In this document: piece after piece, positions 20,050 to 30,241 of the stretch
Layout of the letters: each line of letters opens with the position of its first letter
Numbering within the stretch: the stretch's first letter is position 1
From: a virus
Reading direction: 5' to 3' (one strand)
Length of the DNA stretch: 64,000 bases
IMG/VR virus record: IMGVR_UViG_3300023116_000009
Coordinates: 32,001-96,000 of that record
Program-made: the position numbers and the translations under genes
Notes under the pieces: generated by a model
Databases searched by the model: none
The model's input: only the letters and a program-made list of their open reading frames with translations
What the model was told of the DNA's origin: nothing

Positions 20050-21357
20050 TTACACTCCAAATGAATCTCGTACTAAAACTAAATCTGTATTGAGTTTGTC
20101 CTCGTGCTTTGAAAATAAGTGAGTCAAACTAAAGATAATATAGCGTCCACTGTAAGTTTTGTCAATAGACCCATCTTGTGCGGTGAACTCAACTTCCAAA
20201 ACATTACCAGCATTGATTGCCATGTTACCATCAACTCTTGCGGTCATAATAGTGTTCGAGAATACTCCCATTCTTTGAATAGATTGAGAGATAGTTTCTT
20301 TAAACAGCATTTTACTTTCAGTATTTTTCTCAGATCCAGGTTCTAAGAAAAGGTCATCATTATAAGAAACCGCCATAGTGCGGGTTGGACGATCATCTAG
20401 CACTTCACTATATAGTTGAGGTAAGGAACTGCTTTCGCCAATCTTAGTCCATTTTGCATAGTTTTCCTTCAAAGTATACTTTTGAGTAACTACTTCACAA
20501 TTGACCGTATCAAAAAATTCTACTGTACCAGAAAAGAATCCTCGATCAAAATCGTTAAACATATCAACTGCTTTAGGGAATTGGGGATTGTTAAGTCGAT
20601 AAACTTCATCCACACCTCCAAGTCCAGTGCCTGTTGAATATGTAAACACGACATCTTTCTGTGCAGCAATTGCATCAATTGATTTAAAGTAATAAGATCG
20701 ATACGTTTCCCAAAACAAATATCCAGCACTAACAAATTTACCTCCAGAGGAAGAGGTTTTCTGATCCTTTCCAATAAATTTGTTTCTTGCCCAAATTAAA
20801 ACATCATATGGTCTAGACATTGGTGGGATGAAAGTGAGTTTATTGACACTTTCTGAGACATTTTGACTGTATGGTTTTTTAGTTTGTAAGGTATTACCTA
20901 AAATATCTTGTACCAAATCTGTTGCGGCAACAGAAGTATACTTCTTACACACACGCTCTTGAGCAGACAAGATAGCATCCTTTCTACACAATTCAACTAC
21001 AATGATCTTACCTGTGTCAATTACTTGCTTATCATGAATATGGTAAGCATACAATGGTCCATTTGAAGAATCCTCGGTAAATTCATACTTTAAATTGTGG
21101 GTATTTTCTGTTACAATAATTTCAAATTTCTCCATCCCAACAAGAACGTCAGTAAGTTGTGATGTAGTATCAGCAATTTGAAGAGTTACCGATAAGAATT
21201 GATTTAACAATCCCTCTCTATATTCAAACTGGAGGATAGATCCCTTATCAATGAATACTTTTGTTTTGTTTTCAGGTGAATCGGTTTTGGCATAAGTAAC
21301 CGCTACTGATTCAATTCTAAAATTTTTAAGAATGAGTGGTGCTACTGCCATTGTCAA
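20050..21357 (-). CDS. Baseplate hub protein (gp27/late-control-D-like), about 435 aa
   Basis: YLFWETYRSYYFKSID and GNMAINAGNVLEV...YSGRYIIFSLTHLF motifs; position between the tape-measure-like genes and gp5. Confidence 0.6.
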   Translation of the reverse strand: MTMAVAPLILKNFRIESVAVTYAKTDSPENKTKVFIDKGSILQFEYREGLLNQFLSVTLQIADTTSQLTDVLVGMEKFEIIVTENTHNLKYEFTEDSSNGPLYAYHIHDKQVIDTGKIIVVELCRKDAILSAQERVCKKYTSVAATDLVQDILGNTLQTKKPYSQNVSESVNKLTFIPPMSRPYDVLIWARNKFIGKDQKTSSSGGKFVSAGYLFWETYRSYYFKSIDAIAAQKDVVFTYSTGTGLGGVDEVYRLNNPQFPKAVDMFNDFDRGFFSGTVEFFDTVNCEVVTQKYTLKENYAKWTKIGESSSLPQLYSEVLDDRPTRTMAVSYNDDLFLEPGSEKNTESKMLFKETISQSIQRMGVFSNTIMTARVDGNMAINAGNVLEVEFTAQDGSIDKTYSGRYIIFSLTHLFSKHEDKLNTDLVLVRDSFGV

Positions 21358-24140
21358 AATCCTCCAGGTTGTAATTTAGGTCCACTACTTACAGAATCAG
21401 TTCTCTTAGGTGATTTGGGTGGTTGTGATTGATTTGGTTTTGGTTTTCCTCTCATGCCAATTGCACTGAGGAATCTTTCCTGCCAATTAATTTCCCTCTT
21501 TGGGTTTTGTGCTGGTGGTGTTTTCGCAGGAGGTGGTTTGACCATTGGAATTGTTGGTCCTTGATGCTTCGAAGATTCTAATTGAGTAGATCTTGCTATT
21601 TCCTGAGGAGTTGCAGTTTTCTTTTGCATCGCCTTCAATTGTTCTGGAGACATTCTTCTTACTTTCTCCAGCATTGCCTTTTCAGATGCACTCGCTTTAT
21701 CCGTAGGACCAACCCACTGGGTATATCCAGATTGCTTTAACAGTTGTAGTGCTAATTGATCTTGAATTTGAGTACTAAACTTCTGACTCTTATCTATTCC
21801 CATCGAGTTGACAAGATTTTTAAGAGTGCTTCCAATGAATTGGTATCTACCAACAGCATGTAATTTTCCCTGTTCCTTCCACTGCTCATTGCTAAGAGTT
21901 CCATCATCTGCTTGCAGTGCCATAATATCAGCGATAGTCATATCAGTCAATGACTTACCTCCATGCTGCTTCATGTTACGAATATCACCAGCAAATCCCT
22001 CAGTTCCTCTGCCACCTGCAGTGCCAATCTGGTTGACAGCATTATAACCACCAACAGAATCAGATTCATACTTACCAATAATATCAAGTGCTTTTTTAGC
22101 ATCACCTGTATAACCTCCTTCTGGAGCAGGACCAACATTTCCCCCTACAGTATTCCCGCTAGTTCCACTTGGAGTGTATCCAGTCGTATTTGGTGCTGCA
22201 TTTGCAGTTCCACCAATTAATCCATTTAAAATATCATTACCAAGTTTTTTAAGTTTGTCAAACAAATTATCTTGGGACTTATTAAGTTGAAAACTACTCA
22301 AACCAGTACTCTTCAATACTCCTGAGAATAATTGATCAATCTCCTTCATTGCCTCTTTAGGCATCAATCCAGACAAAGGTTGCAGAATACTATTAGCAAA
22401 GTTAACTAACGTTAATGCTGAAATTTTTTGTGGAAGTAAAATACCAGATTGAAGTGGTTTATTGAGTTTTGAAATTCTATCATCTTTACTCAAAAAATTG
22501 CTTACTGGAGTAAGTTTTTTATGCTTACCATCAGTAAAATGTCCACCCTTTGCTGCTTTTCTTGGTGGCACTTTGCCACTCATTTGATCATTAATATCAA
22601 CAGGTTTTGAACCTGGGACAGGAACTGCTTCGCCCCTCGCTCCAGGTTTTGTCACATCCCCCATTGGATTTTTATCACCATCTACATAACGTTTTCCAGT
22701 TTCATCCCTGCTGTCAACGTGTCCCTGCCATCTAAAATAATCTCCAAAACTTTGGGGACCTGCCCTCTCTCCAGTTCTTACAGTTGGTTCTGCTGAAAAC
22801 TGACTGCTTGGATTTAAAGTTTCCCCAAGTTGATCAAATGCATTCCAATTCTCAGGTGTCCTATTATTTGGATCTGGATCTGGAATAATACCAAGTGGAT
22901 CCCACCATTGATTATTTTCACCCTTTAATGGTTTGGTAAAAAATGGTTCTAAAACATCAATAAGTTGAGGAAGTAAGAATGCACCGAGAGCACCGACTAA
23001 ACCACCAATTCCTGCTTTTTTCAATGGACCCAATAATGGACCCAAAAGATCTAATAAGAAATTGCTTTTTGCCTCTGCAGATGAATCCTTTGTAGGATCT
23101 AGTGAATCTTCCGCTTCTAATTCTCTTTCTCTCTTCCTTGCTGCTAATCTTTGCGTTAAGGTTTTATCAATCTTCTTTTTAAACTCAAATCTTTTCTTTT
23201 CAAGTTTATAAAGATTAAATAATGCGATTCTTGTGTCAACGACATTATCATGAATTTCTTTGATAGTCGAACTTAATCCCATGCCGTCCGTAGACAGCAT
23301 CTTCCTATCAAGTTTCTTCTTTCCTCTTGTTTTCCTTCTCTTGGTTTTCCCAGGTTGAGGAAGAGGTTCAGGTTCGTTCCTTACTTGCTCAAGTAGTTCA
23401 TCTAACTTAGTGCCAAGTTGATCTGGTACTTCAGATTCCCATTCCTCCTCAAGTTCATCTTGCCCTGGAGGTAGTTGCCTATCTCTAGAAATAATAGTAT
23501 CTTCTCTTCCTGGTGGAAGTTGCCTATCTTTAGGAATAATTGGATCAGGACCAATTGGATCACTATACTGGGTTTTACCCTTATTCCTTTTCCTCTGCTT
23601 AGGACCAATTGGTTCAGAATACTGATCTGGATCTGTATTCTCTCTGGTCTTTCGTCTTGACTCTAACTGCTCTTGCTGTTTTCTCTTAAACTCTTCAAAA
23701 TCTCGCTTCTGTTGTGCAATCAACTCATCGATTGCATCCATAATTTTATCAGAAGTTTCTTCTAACTTCTTGTCGAGTTTCTCCTCAACATCATCAACTA
23801 ATTTATCCTGTGGTTTATATACTCTAGTGTTTCCAGTATTGAGGTTTAGTTTGCCACCCTTTGCTTCTTCAAGTCCATAGAATTCTTTCAAAATCATCCT
23901 AATATTAATGATGCCAGCAGTTTCCCTGCCTGTCATCAAATCACTTTCAATATTGTCATAGTAATTTGGAAGATCTGAAGGTGCTAACCAAGTTTCTCTA
24001 CCTGCAATAAGTCGCTGTGCTTTATCAATCCCATCTTGAGTACGTGGGAAAAGACCATACGCAATAAGAATCCCAGCAGCAATTTCTCTATGTGCTGGTT
24101 TTGTGAATTTCTTTATCGCTTTCTTTGGAATATTTGCCAT
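21354..24140 (-). CDS. Tape-measure/hub-like protein with a lysozyme-like domain, 928 aa
   Basis: Coiled-coil N-half; IIGKYES...GYNAVN...MTIADIMALQ...AVGRYQFIGSTL...QDQLALQLL muramidase-like block. Confidence 0.6.
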   Translation of the reverse strand: MANIPKKAIKKFTKPAHREIAAGILIAYGLFPRTQDGIDKAQRLIAGRETWLAPSDLPNYYDNIESDLMTGRETAGIINIRMILKEFYGLEEAKGGKLNLNTGNTRVYKPQDKLVDDVEEKLDKKLEETSDKIMDAIDELIAQQKRDFEEFKRKQQEQLESRRKTRENTDPDQYSEPIGPKQRKRNKGKTQYSDPIGPDPIIPKDRQLPPGREDTIISRDRQLPPGQDELEEEWESEVPDQLGTKLDELLEQVRNEPEPLPQPGKTKRRKTRGKKKLDRKMLSTDGMGLSSTIKEIHDNVVDTRIALFNLYKLEKKRFEFKKKIDKTLTQRLAARKRERELEAEDSLDPTKDSSAEAKSNFLLDLLGPLLGPLKKAGIGGLVGALGAFLLPQLIDVLEPFFTKPLKGENNQWWDPLGIIPDPDPNNRTPENWNAFDQLGETLNPSSQFSAEPTVRTGERAGPQSFGDYFRWQGHVDSRDETGKRYVDGDKNPMGDVTKPGARGEAVPVPGSKPVDINDQMSGKVPPRKAAKGGHFTDGKHKKLTPVSNFLSKDDRISKLNKPLQSGILLPQKISALTLVNFANSILQPLSGLMPKEAMKEIDQLFSGVLKSTGLSSFQLNKSQDNLFDKLKKLGNDILNGLIGGTANAAPNTTGYTPSGTSGNTVGGNVGPAPEGGYTGDAKKALDIIGKYESDSVGGYNAVNQIGTAGGRGTEGFAGDIRNMKQHGGKSLTDMTIADIMALQADDGTLSNEQWKEQGKLHAVGRYQFIGSTLKNLVNSMGIDKSQKFSTQIQDQLALQLLKQSGYTQWVGPTDKASASEKAMLEKVRRMSPEQLKAMQKKTATPQEIARSTQLESSKHQGPTIPMVKPPPAKTPPAQNPKREINWQERFLSAIGMRGKPKPNQSQPPKSPKRTDSVSSGPKLQPGGF

Positions 24141-24143
24141 TTA

Positions 24144-26687
24144 TCAACCTCCCACAATAGAGGGATTGCCCCATGCAGGAGTATTTGATGCAGATGCTTG
24201 GTTATTCCTCAGCATAGGTATTGGCATTGGGATATACTTAACCACTTCTTGTACCATGGATGGAAGATTGAACGGTTTTGCCTCTGGTTGAATATTGTCC
24301 TCCAAAGGATCAGGTTCTACTGCGGTATCTTTATTTATTGATGGTTTAGGGGCATTAATACTTACTGATCCTGACTTTGCACCTCTAACATCACCATGAC
24401 CAGTTTTTACAAGAACATTACCCTTTTCGTCAGTAACAGTAACGTAGGCACCATATCCACCACCTTGACCATAATTCACTTTACCTCCCTCTAAAGTGGG
24501 AACAATAATTTCTGCACCCTCAGCACTCTTACCAAATCTAGTTTCTCCTGTAGAAGGAATATAATAGTCAATACTATCAAAATCAGAATATCTAGAGTGC
24601 CCATGTGCAGATTGTGCCTTTGCAAGTAATGCTAACTTTTCTTCCATACTAGCATCTGAGTTCCATACTTGCCCAGACACTGCAGCATTCGAAAACTCAA
24701 TCTTTCTGCCTCTTGCTGCATATGATGCTGCAAGTTTATCCATCATCTTCACTCTGTCTTCCATAGACAATGATTTTGAGAATTTAGTATCAATATGATA
24801 TGCACTACTACCACCAATATATTGACTTGCTCCTGTTTTCAATCCAGTTGCATAAGTTCCGCCAACAGCAGCAGCGTTCATTGTTCCAAGTCCCATGGTG
24901 TCTAAAGTAGCAGCAGCGGCAGGAGCACCAAAAACTGAACCAACAACATCAGCAGCTACTCTAATTGGATTCATATCTTTAAGTTTTTTAAGTCCTTCCT
25001 TTAATGGATTTAAAAAGGACATCATACCTTCCTCTATCCATTTAAAAATTTTATCCACAAGATTTGGAATCTTAGGTAACCTGCCAATCCCAGGAAATGG
25101 TGTTACTGGTTCCGATGGTAATTGCTGCAAATCCCCAAGTTCTTTAATGAGAGTCAAACTAACTCCCATTTGCCTTGCAATCACAAGTGCAGCACTAGTG
25201 ACTGCACCCACTCCAGAATTCATTACCCCAAGTGCTGCGGGACCACCCAAGAACCATGCTAACTTACTTACAGGAATGATTAGTTCATTCTCTCCACCAT
25301 CTCCAACAATAACAAGTTGTGGTTTATCATCACTAACTAACCCTTCAGATGCAGCAGGAATTTCAGGTTCTGGTGTGGGTTCTGGTTTTAGTTCTGGTTT
25401 TGGTGCTGGTGTGGGTTCTGGTTTTGGTGCTGGTGTGTCAGTTTTTGGTTCTGCTGGTTTTGGTGCAGTTTCTGGTCCAATTGCTGCAAGAAATCGTCTT
25501 AATTTTTTTAATATCATTTCACTTTGAGTTTCATCACCCATCTCTATTGCTTTTTGAATTGCATGACCAGGACTCTTCTGCCAATCTTCTTCTTTCTTTA
25601 TTTCTGCCTTAAGACGTTCACGTACTTGCTTTTGCTTTTCAGGAGGTACAGAATCAAATTTCTTTTTAAATGCTGCATCTTGCTCTTCATCTGTACCAAA
25701 AATTCTATCGCCAATCCACTCAAGACCCACCATTAAAACTTGCTCAAGAATATAACCAATAACAAATCCCTTTATATTACTAATAACTGTTTTGGGATTA
25801 ATTTTAGGAAGTTTAAATCCTCCCAATTTGGGAGCAGGTACACCACCAGTGCCTGTAGTAACAGTAGGTCCACCACCTGGACCCAATCCAACTGGTCTAG
25901 GAGCACCCCCTTGAGTTACCTTTGGTGCGGTAAAAGGATTTCTAATTTTAGGCAGTCCAAGTCCACCTGCAGGACTTTGAAGTCCCCTAGGAATGATTGG
26001 TTTAGATCGTGTGACTGTGGGAGATTTTCTAAAGATATCAAGAGGATTATTAAGACCTTTTGGTATTCTACCCCCACCACCTCCAGTAATTTTAGGTCCT
26101 TTATCAAAAGGATTAATATTTGGAAGCTTTGGAAATTGACCAGTTACAGTTGGTCTGTTTGGTTTAAATCTATCGTACCACTTTGGTGATCTAGATTGAG
26201 TAACCTTTGGTTTGTTTACACGTGGTTTATTTTTATTCTTATTTCGATTTTGATTTCTATTTCTTTTATTTGGATTCTTCGGTTTATTCCTATTCTTGGG
26301 TTTATTCCTATTCTTGGGTGGTTTTAGTTTTGGTTTAAACTTAGGAAATCCAGGTAAGTTAAAATTAAATCCATCCTTCTTCGTGGGATCTAATATCGTA
26401 CCTTTTGTTGCAGTTCTAACTTTTGATTTGATGATATCATCATCAATAGACAATTGTCTTAATCTAGTTTGTTCATACTTAAAGATCTTTTCCTTAAGTT
26501 TTAAATTTAAGACAGCAACATTTCTCAAGCGCAAAGTTTCATGCGCCAAAGTTGAAGAACCAACAGTATCTCGTTTTACCTCTCTGGGTATTCTTTCTTC
26601 TTCCCCAGTTTCAGGCGAATACCCTCTAGCGTCATAAATCTCTCTTATGGCGCTAGTATAATTGGTAAGTCCTAATCGGTTCTTCAT
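24144..26687 (-). CDS. Tape-measure/hub-like (gp29-like) protein with an M23-like C-terminal domain, 847 aa
   Basis: Basic low-complexity N-half; YHIDT...GGGYGAYVTVTD...VKTGHGD M23-like motif; lies directly after gp26/gp51. Confidence 0.55.
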   Translation of the reverse strand: MKNRLGLTNYTSAIREIYDARGYSPETGEEERIPREVKRDTVGSSTLAHETLRLRNVAVLNLKLKEKIFKYEQTRLRQLSIDDDIIKSKVRTATKGTILDPTKKDGFNFNLPGFPKFKPKLKPPKNRNKPKNRNKPKNPNKRNRNQNRNKNKNKPRVNKPKVTQSRSPKWYDRFKPNRPTVTGQFPKLPNINPFDKGPKITGGGGGRIPKGLNNPLDIFRKSPTVTRSKPIIPRGLQSPAGGLGLPKIRNPFTAPKVTQGGAPRPVGLGPGGGPTVTTGTGGVPAPKLGGFKLPKINPKTVISNIKGFVIGYILEQVLMVGLEWIGDRIFGTDEEQDAAFKKKFDSVPPEKQKQVRERLKAEIKKEEDWQKSPGHAIQKAIEMGDETQSEMILKKLRRFLAAIGPETAPKPAEPKTDTPAPKPEPTPAPKPELKPEPTPEPEIPAASEGLVSDDKPQLVIVGDGGENELIIPVSKLAWFLGGPAALGVMNSGVGAVTSAALVIARQMGVSLTLIKELGDLQQLPSEPVTPFPGIGRLPKIPNLVDKIFKWIEEGMMSFLNPLKEGLKKLKDMNPIRVAADVVGSVFGAPAAAATLDTMGLGTMNAAAVGGTYATGLKTGASQYIGGSSAYHIDTKFSKSLSMEDRVKMMDKLAASYAARGRKIEFSNAAVSGQVWNSDASMEEKLALLAKAQSAHGHSRYSDFDSIDYYIPSTGETRFGKSAEGAEIIVPTLEGGKVNYGQGGGYGAYVTVTDEKGNVLVKTGHGDVRGAKSGSVSINAPKPSINKDTAVEPDPLEDNIQPEAKPFNLPSMVQEVVKYIPMPIPMLRNNQASASNTPAWGNPSIVGG
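25370..25440 (-). repeat. Intragenic direct repeats encoding PKPEPTPA tracts
   Basis: ggtgtgggttctggtttt and tctggttttggtgctggtgtg each occur twice. Confidence 0.7.
26281..26318 (-). repeat. Tandem 18-nt repeat encoding KNRNKP
   Basis: ggtttattcctattcttg occurs twice in tandem. Confidence 0.75.
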
Positions 26688-26818
26688 GCGTTTCTACGTT
26701 GCTGCTCTATGCGTTGTTTTTCCTCTTCCAAGTATTGCTTCAATAATGCAACATAGATGTCATATTCCCAAGGAATTAAAGATTCAATTTCAGTTAAACT
26801 ATAGTTATGATGTTGCAT
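26684..26818 (-). CDS. gp51: Baseplate hub assembly catalyst gp51 (44 aa from ATG; probably also expressed as a -1 fusion with gp26)
   Basis: Hand-translated MQHHNYSLTEIESLIPWEYDIYVALLKQYLEEE; the frame is open upstream to the gp26 TTTTTTC run. Confidence 0.8.
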   Translation of the reverse strand: MQHHNYSLTEIESLIPWEYDIYVALLKQYLEEEKQRIEQQRRNA

Positions 26819-26868
26819 TAATGCAAAAGTAGTTCTATAGTAATTCTCTAGGGAATTGTGGAAGAGGG

Positions 26869-27570
26869 CTATGCGAAAAAATTGGACAATCCTTCAATTA
26901 CATAATCAAACTCAACACCTGTCTTTGGATTGCTTGCCTTAATTTTATGTCGAAGAGATGGCATCGTCTCAAAAAACTTTTGAATGTTGGCAAATTGCTT
27001 AGAACTCAATTGCTCAAGGAAATGAACAAATTCATCAATTGTTGTGGTATTGGAATCCCAAACATCTTCATCATTATAAAGGCGGGAGATTGATTTTGCC
27101 ATAAACACAAAAGTGTCGTCAATATCTTCTTGTGGATCAGAAAAACTATCAAGGTTTGGATACTTCATCTCAATCCAAAGATCATCCGAAACTTTAATCT
27201 TATTAGTGTGACCGTATGCAAATTCTACATTTACATCTTCGACATCAATAGACACTTTAACCTCAGTTACTCCATCATCTGGGCAAGTCAGAAGAAGTTC
27301 AATAACCTCACCTACAGATTTGCCCCTAATGTTTAGGAACATGTATTCAATATCAAAAGTTGCCAATGAATCAACATCGAATCCTTTTGTTAAGACACAA
27401 GCAGAAATAATGTCTCTCAGAGCATTAGCAATTTGCTTATCATCTTCAGATTCTAACGCCATCAAGAGAACTTTTTCCTCTTTGACCATGAATGGTCTAT
27501 ATTTGATCTTCTTCTTTGTAGAAGGGACTACCAATTCATATGTTGGTGAAGTCAAGGTGGGTAAAGACAT
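26869..27570 (-). CDS. gp26: Baseplate hub subunit gp26
   Basis: MSLPTLTSPTYELVVPSTKKKIKYRPFMVKEEKVLLMALE...FDIEYMFLNIRGKSVGE. Confidence 0.9.
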   Translation of the reverse strand: MSLPTLTSPTYELVVPSTKKKIKYRPFMVKEEKVLLMALESEDDKQIANALRDIISACVLTKGFDVDSLATFDIEYMFLNIRGKSVGEVIELLLTCPDDGVTEVKVSIDVEDVNVEFAYGHTNKIKVSDDLWIEMKYPNLDSFSDPQEDIDDTFVFMAKSISRLYNDEDVWDSNTTTIDEFVHFLEQLSSKQFANIQKFFETMPSLRHKIKASNPKTGVEFDYVIEGLSNFFA

Positions 27571-27598
27571 AAATTAATCTCCAAAAATTATGCAAGTA

Positions 27599-28249
27599 TT
27601 AGGCGTTTTTCAACCGTTTAGTGTATCTAGAATATTCATAATAGAATGATGCTTGTAATCTTAATGGTTGATTAGGACCATTAGATACGGTTAAATCATT
27701 TATTAAGTATGGGAATACATTATATAATTGGATGGTCGATTTAGAAGGAACCTTATTACTTCTATTAGAGTATTCTGGTTCTGTCTTTTCAATCGTCATG
27801 TCACAAACGTAATCTTTGTAATAACGAGTTAACATCCAATCTCTGGCAGTAATGTCTGGTATTCCAGTTTGAAAGGGGAACATATATTCTGCCCACTTAT
27901 GTAGCATGTTCATAGGAAGGTGTTCATGATCCATCAAAAATGTGATGGTAAAATCCCTAAAAGTTTTAGTGTGTGCATACTTTTGATTCATTCCAGGCAT
28001 GTGCCCTTCAAAATCTCCAGTGCTGATACTAAATCCTGGGATATTAACTTCATCCGCAAGATAACTCAGTTTAGCACCATTAGACGTGAGATCATTTCTC
28101 TCATACGTCTCTGGATTAATAACACCTTCCACCCCAAGATACACTGAAAGTGCAGCATTTGCACTAAAGTTAAATGATATTTGGTATCGGTTAGACGCAG
28201 AAAGTCCATAAGGACCAACTATATTCGTCATAACATCGTTAATCTTCAT
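27599..28249 (-). CDS. Tail tube initiator / tube-like protein (gp54-like)
   Basis: SNRYQISF...LSYLADEVNIPG...KYAHTKTFRDFTITFLMD...LYNVFP...LQASFYYE tube-fold pattern. Confidence 0.65.
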   Translation of the reverse strand: MKINDVMTNIVGPYGLSASNRYQISFNFSANAALSVYLGVEGVINPETYERNDLTSNGAKLSYLADEVNIPGFSISTGDFEGHMPGMNQKYAHTKTFRDFTITFLMDHEHLPMNMLHKWAEYMFPFQTGIPDITARDWMLTRYYKDYVCDMTIEKTEPEYSNRSNKVPSKSTIQLYNVFPYLINDLTVSNGPNQPLRLQASFYYEYSRYTKRLKNA

Positions 28250-28294
28250 CTAAATAGAGTTGGAAGAGTATATTTATATTTAGCGACAATATTT

Positions 28295-28729
28295 ATGGCG
28301 TACTGTGGTAAATACAGACCATCTTATCCAAAAAAGTATAAGGGGGATCCAACAAATGTTATATACCGTTCCTTGTGGGAAAGAAAATTTATGGTTTGGT
28401 GCGATAACAACGAAAATGTTCTTGAGTGGGGAAGTGAAGAGATCATTATCCCTTATATCTCTCCTCTTGATAATCGGGTCCATCGCTACTTCCCAGATTT
28501 CTATGTCAGAGCAAGAACTAAAACTGGGGGGACTCAGAAATTTATTATCGAGATCAAACCGCTTAAGCAAACAACACCTCCCGAAAAACAACGCCGTCGT
28601 ACAAAGAGGTATATAACCGAAGTTACCACATATGCAGTTAATGAAGCAAAATGGCACGCAGCAAGAGAGTACTGTAAAGACAGAAGATGGGAATTTAAAA
28701 TACTAACAGAAAAGGAGTTAAAGATATGA
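28295..28729 (+). CDS. gp4: Head completion protein gp4
   Basis: MAYCGKYRPSYPKKYKGDP...YRSLWERKFM...HRYFPDF...IEIKP; true start is the ATG at 28295. Confidence 0.9.
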   Translation: MAYCGKYRPSYPKKYKGDPTNVIYRSLWERKFMVWCDNNENVLEWGSEEIIIPYISPLDNRVHRYFPDFYVRARTKTGGTQKFIIEIKPLKQTTPPEKQRRRTKRYITEVTTYAVNEAKWHAAREYCKDRRWEFKILTEKELKI

Positions 28730-29187
28730 CAGTCATAGACGCAATAAAGAAAGAAGGGGCGAAAACCGTCTCGGCACAAAGAAGTATTGCGTTCAATTAC
28801 CTTTTCGATCATGCAAAGGATGATGTGATGGTAGGTAAATTCTACCTATTTGAATATGACCCCAAAACCAAAGTGCAATTAAGACATTGGGACAAATATC
28901 CTCTAGTTTTAATAACCACAATTTATGATGATGGGTTTATGGGGGCAAATTTCCATTATACTACACAAAAACAAAGAATGATCCTTGCTAAAAAGTTTCT
29001 AAATAGCAAGGTAACCATTCCAATGAAATTGCTACATAGATATATTATAAAGAGAGCAGATAACTTATTCTTTGAAGTTCCAGATAAAGAATTAGTAGAA
29101 TTTGCTGCTTTGCCTATAGAGGAATTTCGTGATAGCAAAAATAGATTTGTTAGTGCAAACAAAGTCCAATCAGGAAACCGCAGATAA
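28726..29187 (+). CDS. gp2: DNA end protector protein gp2
   Basis: GKFYLFEYDPKTK...WDKYPLV...GFMGANFHY. Confidence 0.8.
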   Translation: MTVIDAIKKEGAKTVSAQRSIAFNYLFDHAKDDVMVGKFYLFEYDPKTKVQLRHWDKYPLVLITTIYDDGFMGANFHYTTQKQRMILAKKFLNSKVTIPMKLLHRYIIKRADNLFFEVPDKELVEFAALPIEEFRDSKNRFVSANKVQSGNRR

Positions 29188-30236
29188 TGGCAGAAGCAAG
29201 ATACAGATACCCAAGAAGCACAATATCTCAAACGGGATTTTATATTTCGTTTGTGGCATATGATTATAGTGCCGCACCACAAATTGGACAAGGAAATATA
29301 CGATCTGCAATCTCTCGCCAAGGTGGTTCTGCTTTGGCAGGAACAACTTTAGATAATTTTGAACAAAGCACTTTTACAGAAACAATCAAAACGAATTACG
29401 GCAACAAATCAACTGGAGAAGGTGATGCCTCTGGAAAAGGTTCTGTCTCTCTTTATGTTCCTCAGTCATTAGAATACAGTTACGGTGCTAACTGGAAATC
29501 AGTTCAATTTGGTGCATTGGGTTCTGCCTTTGGAAGTAGCAGTATGGCAGATTTGGCAACACAAGCAGCAAAAGTTGGGGGAATTACAGCAGCAACGGTT
29601 CTTGGAGATGTAGTCGGTGGTCTTTTAGAAACAATCCCCAAAACAAGCGGTGTTGACACTGATAGTTTTCTAGGAGCAGCGTTTGGTGTTACCTTTAACG
29701 ATAACACACTGCAAACCTTTGATAAGATGGAAACCAGAAACTTTGAATTTAGGTATATTCTGGTAGCAAGAGATGCAGAGGAAGAAGTAGAGATTAAGAA
29801 GATCATCAAATTCTTCAAAATTGCAATGCACCCAAGTTCTAAGTCAAATAAGAAGAATAATACTATATTCTTAGGATATCCTTATATTTTCAGAATTATC
29901 CCAAGTGGATACAAGAGTTCACTTTCTACAAAAAGTGGTGGGCAGATCAAGGCAGGTTCAGAAACTCCAGATTTGGCATCATTCTTGCCAAATACTAGAT
30001 ATTGTGCCCTAAAATCAATGAATGTAAATTACACTCCCAATAATGTAATTTCATTGACTCCTGGTAGTTTTGTAACCGCAGTGACACTTTCACTTTCATT
30101 CACAGAACTCACCAACCTCGTAAGAGAAGATATTGAAGATTTTGAAGACACTCAAGATATGGACGGCATCTCGTTCAGTGCTAGATCTGAACAGTCCCAA
30201 CGTGAATCTGATGGTTATTACGGTCCTGCATTCTAA
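29187..30236 (+). CDS. gp48: Baseplate tail tube cap gp48
   Basis: LYVPQSLEYSYGANW...TFDKMETRNFEF...EIKKIIKFFKIAMHP...YCALKSMNVNYTP. Confidence 0.85.
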   Translation: MAEARYRYPRSTISQTGFYISFVAYDYSAAPQIGQGNIRSAISRQGGSALAGTTLDNFEQSTFTETIKTNYGNKSTGEGDASGKGSVSLYVPQSLEYSYGANWKSVQFGALGSAFGSSSMADLATQAAKVGGITAATVLGDVVGGLLETIPKTSGVDTDSFLGAAFGVTFNDNTLQTFDKMETRNFEFRYILVARDAEEEVEIKKIIKFFKIAMHPSSKSNKKNNTIFLGYPYIFRIIPSGYKSSLSTKSGGQIKAGSETPDLASFLPNTRYCALKSMNVNYTPNNVISLTPGSFVTAVTLSLSFTELTNLVREDIEDFEDTQDMDGISFSARSEQSQRESDGYYGPAF

Positions 30237-30241
30237 AACAA

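Noticed and set aside
24895-25527. Long plus-strand ORFs opposite real genes (also 6305-6997, 44533-45081, 53277-53744 and others)
   Set aside because: These are antisense shadows caused by codon bias or low complexity in the minus-strand genes; they lack an RBS or recognisable motifs.
28295-28729. TnsA-like nuclease motif as a transposon
   Set aside because: Sequence and context (gp2, gp48, gp53) identify it as head completion protein gp4; no terminal repeats are present.
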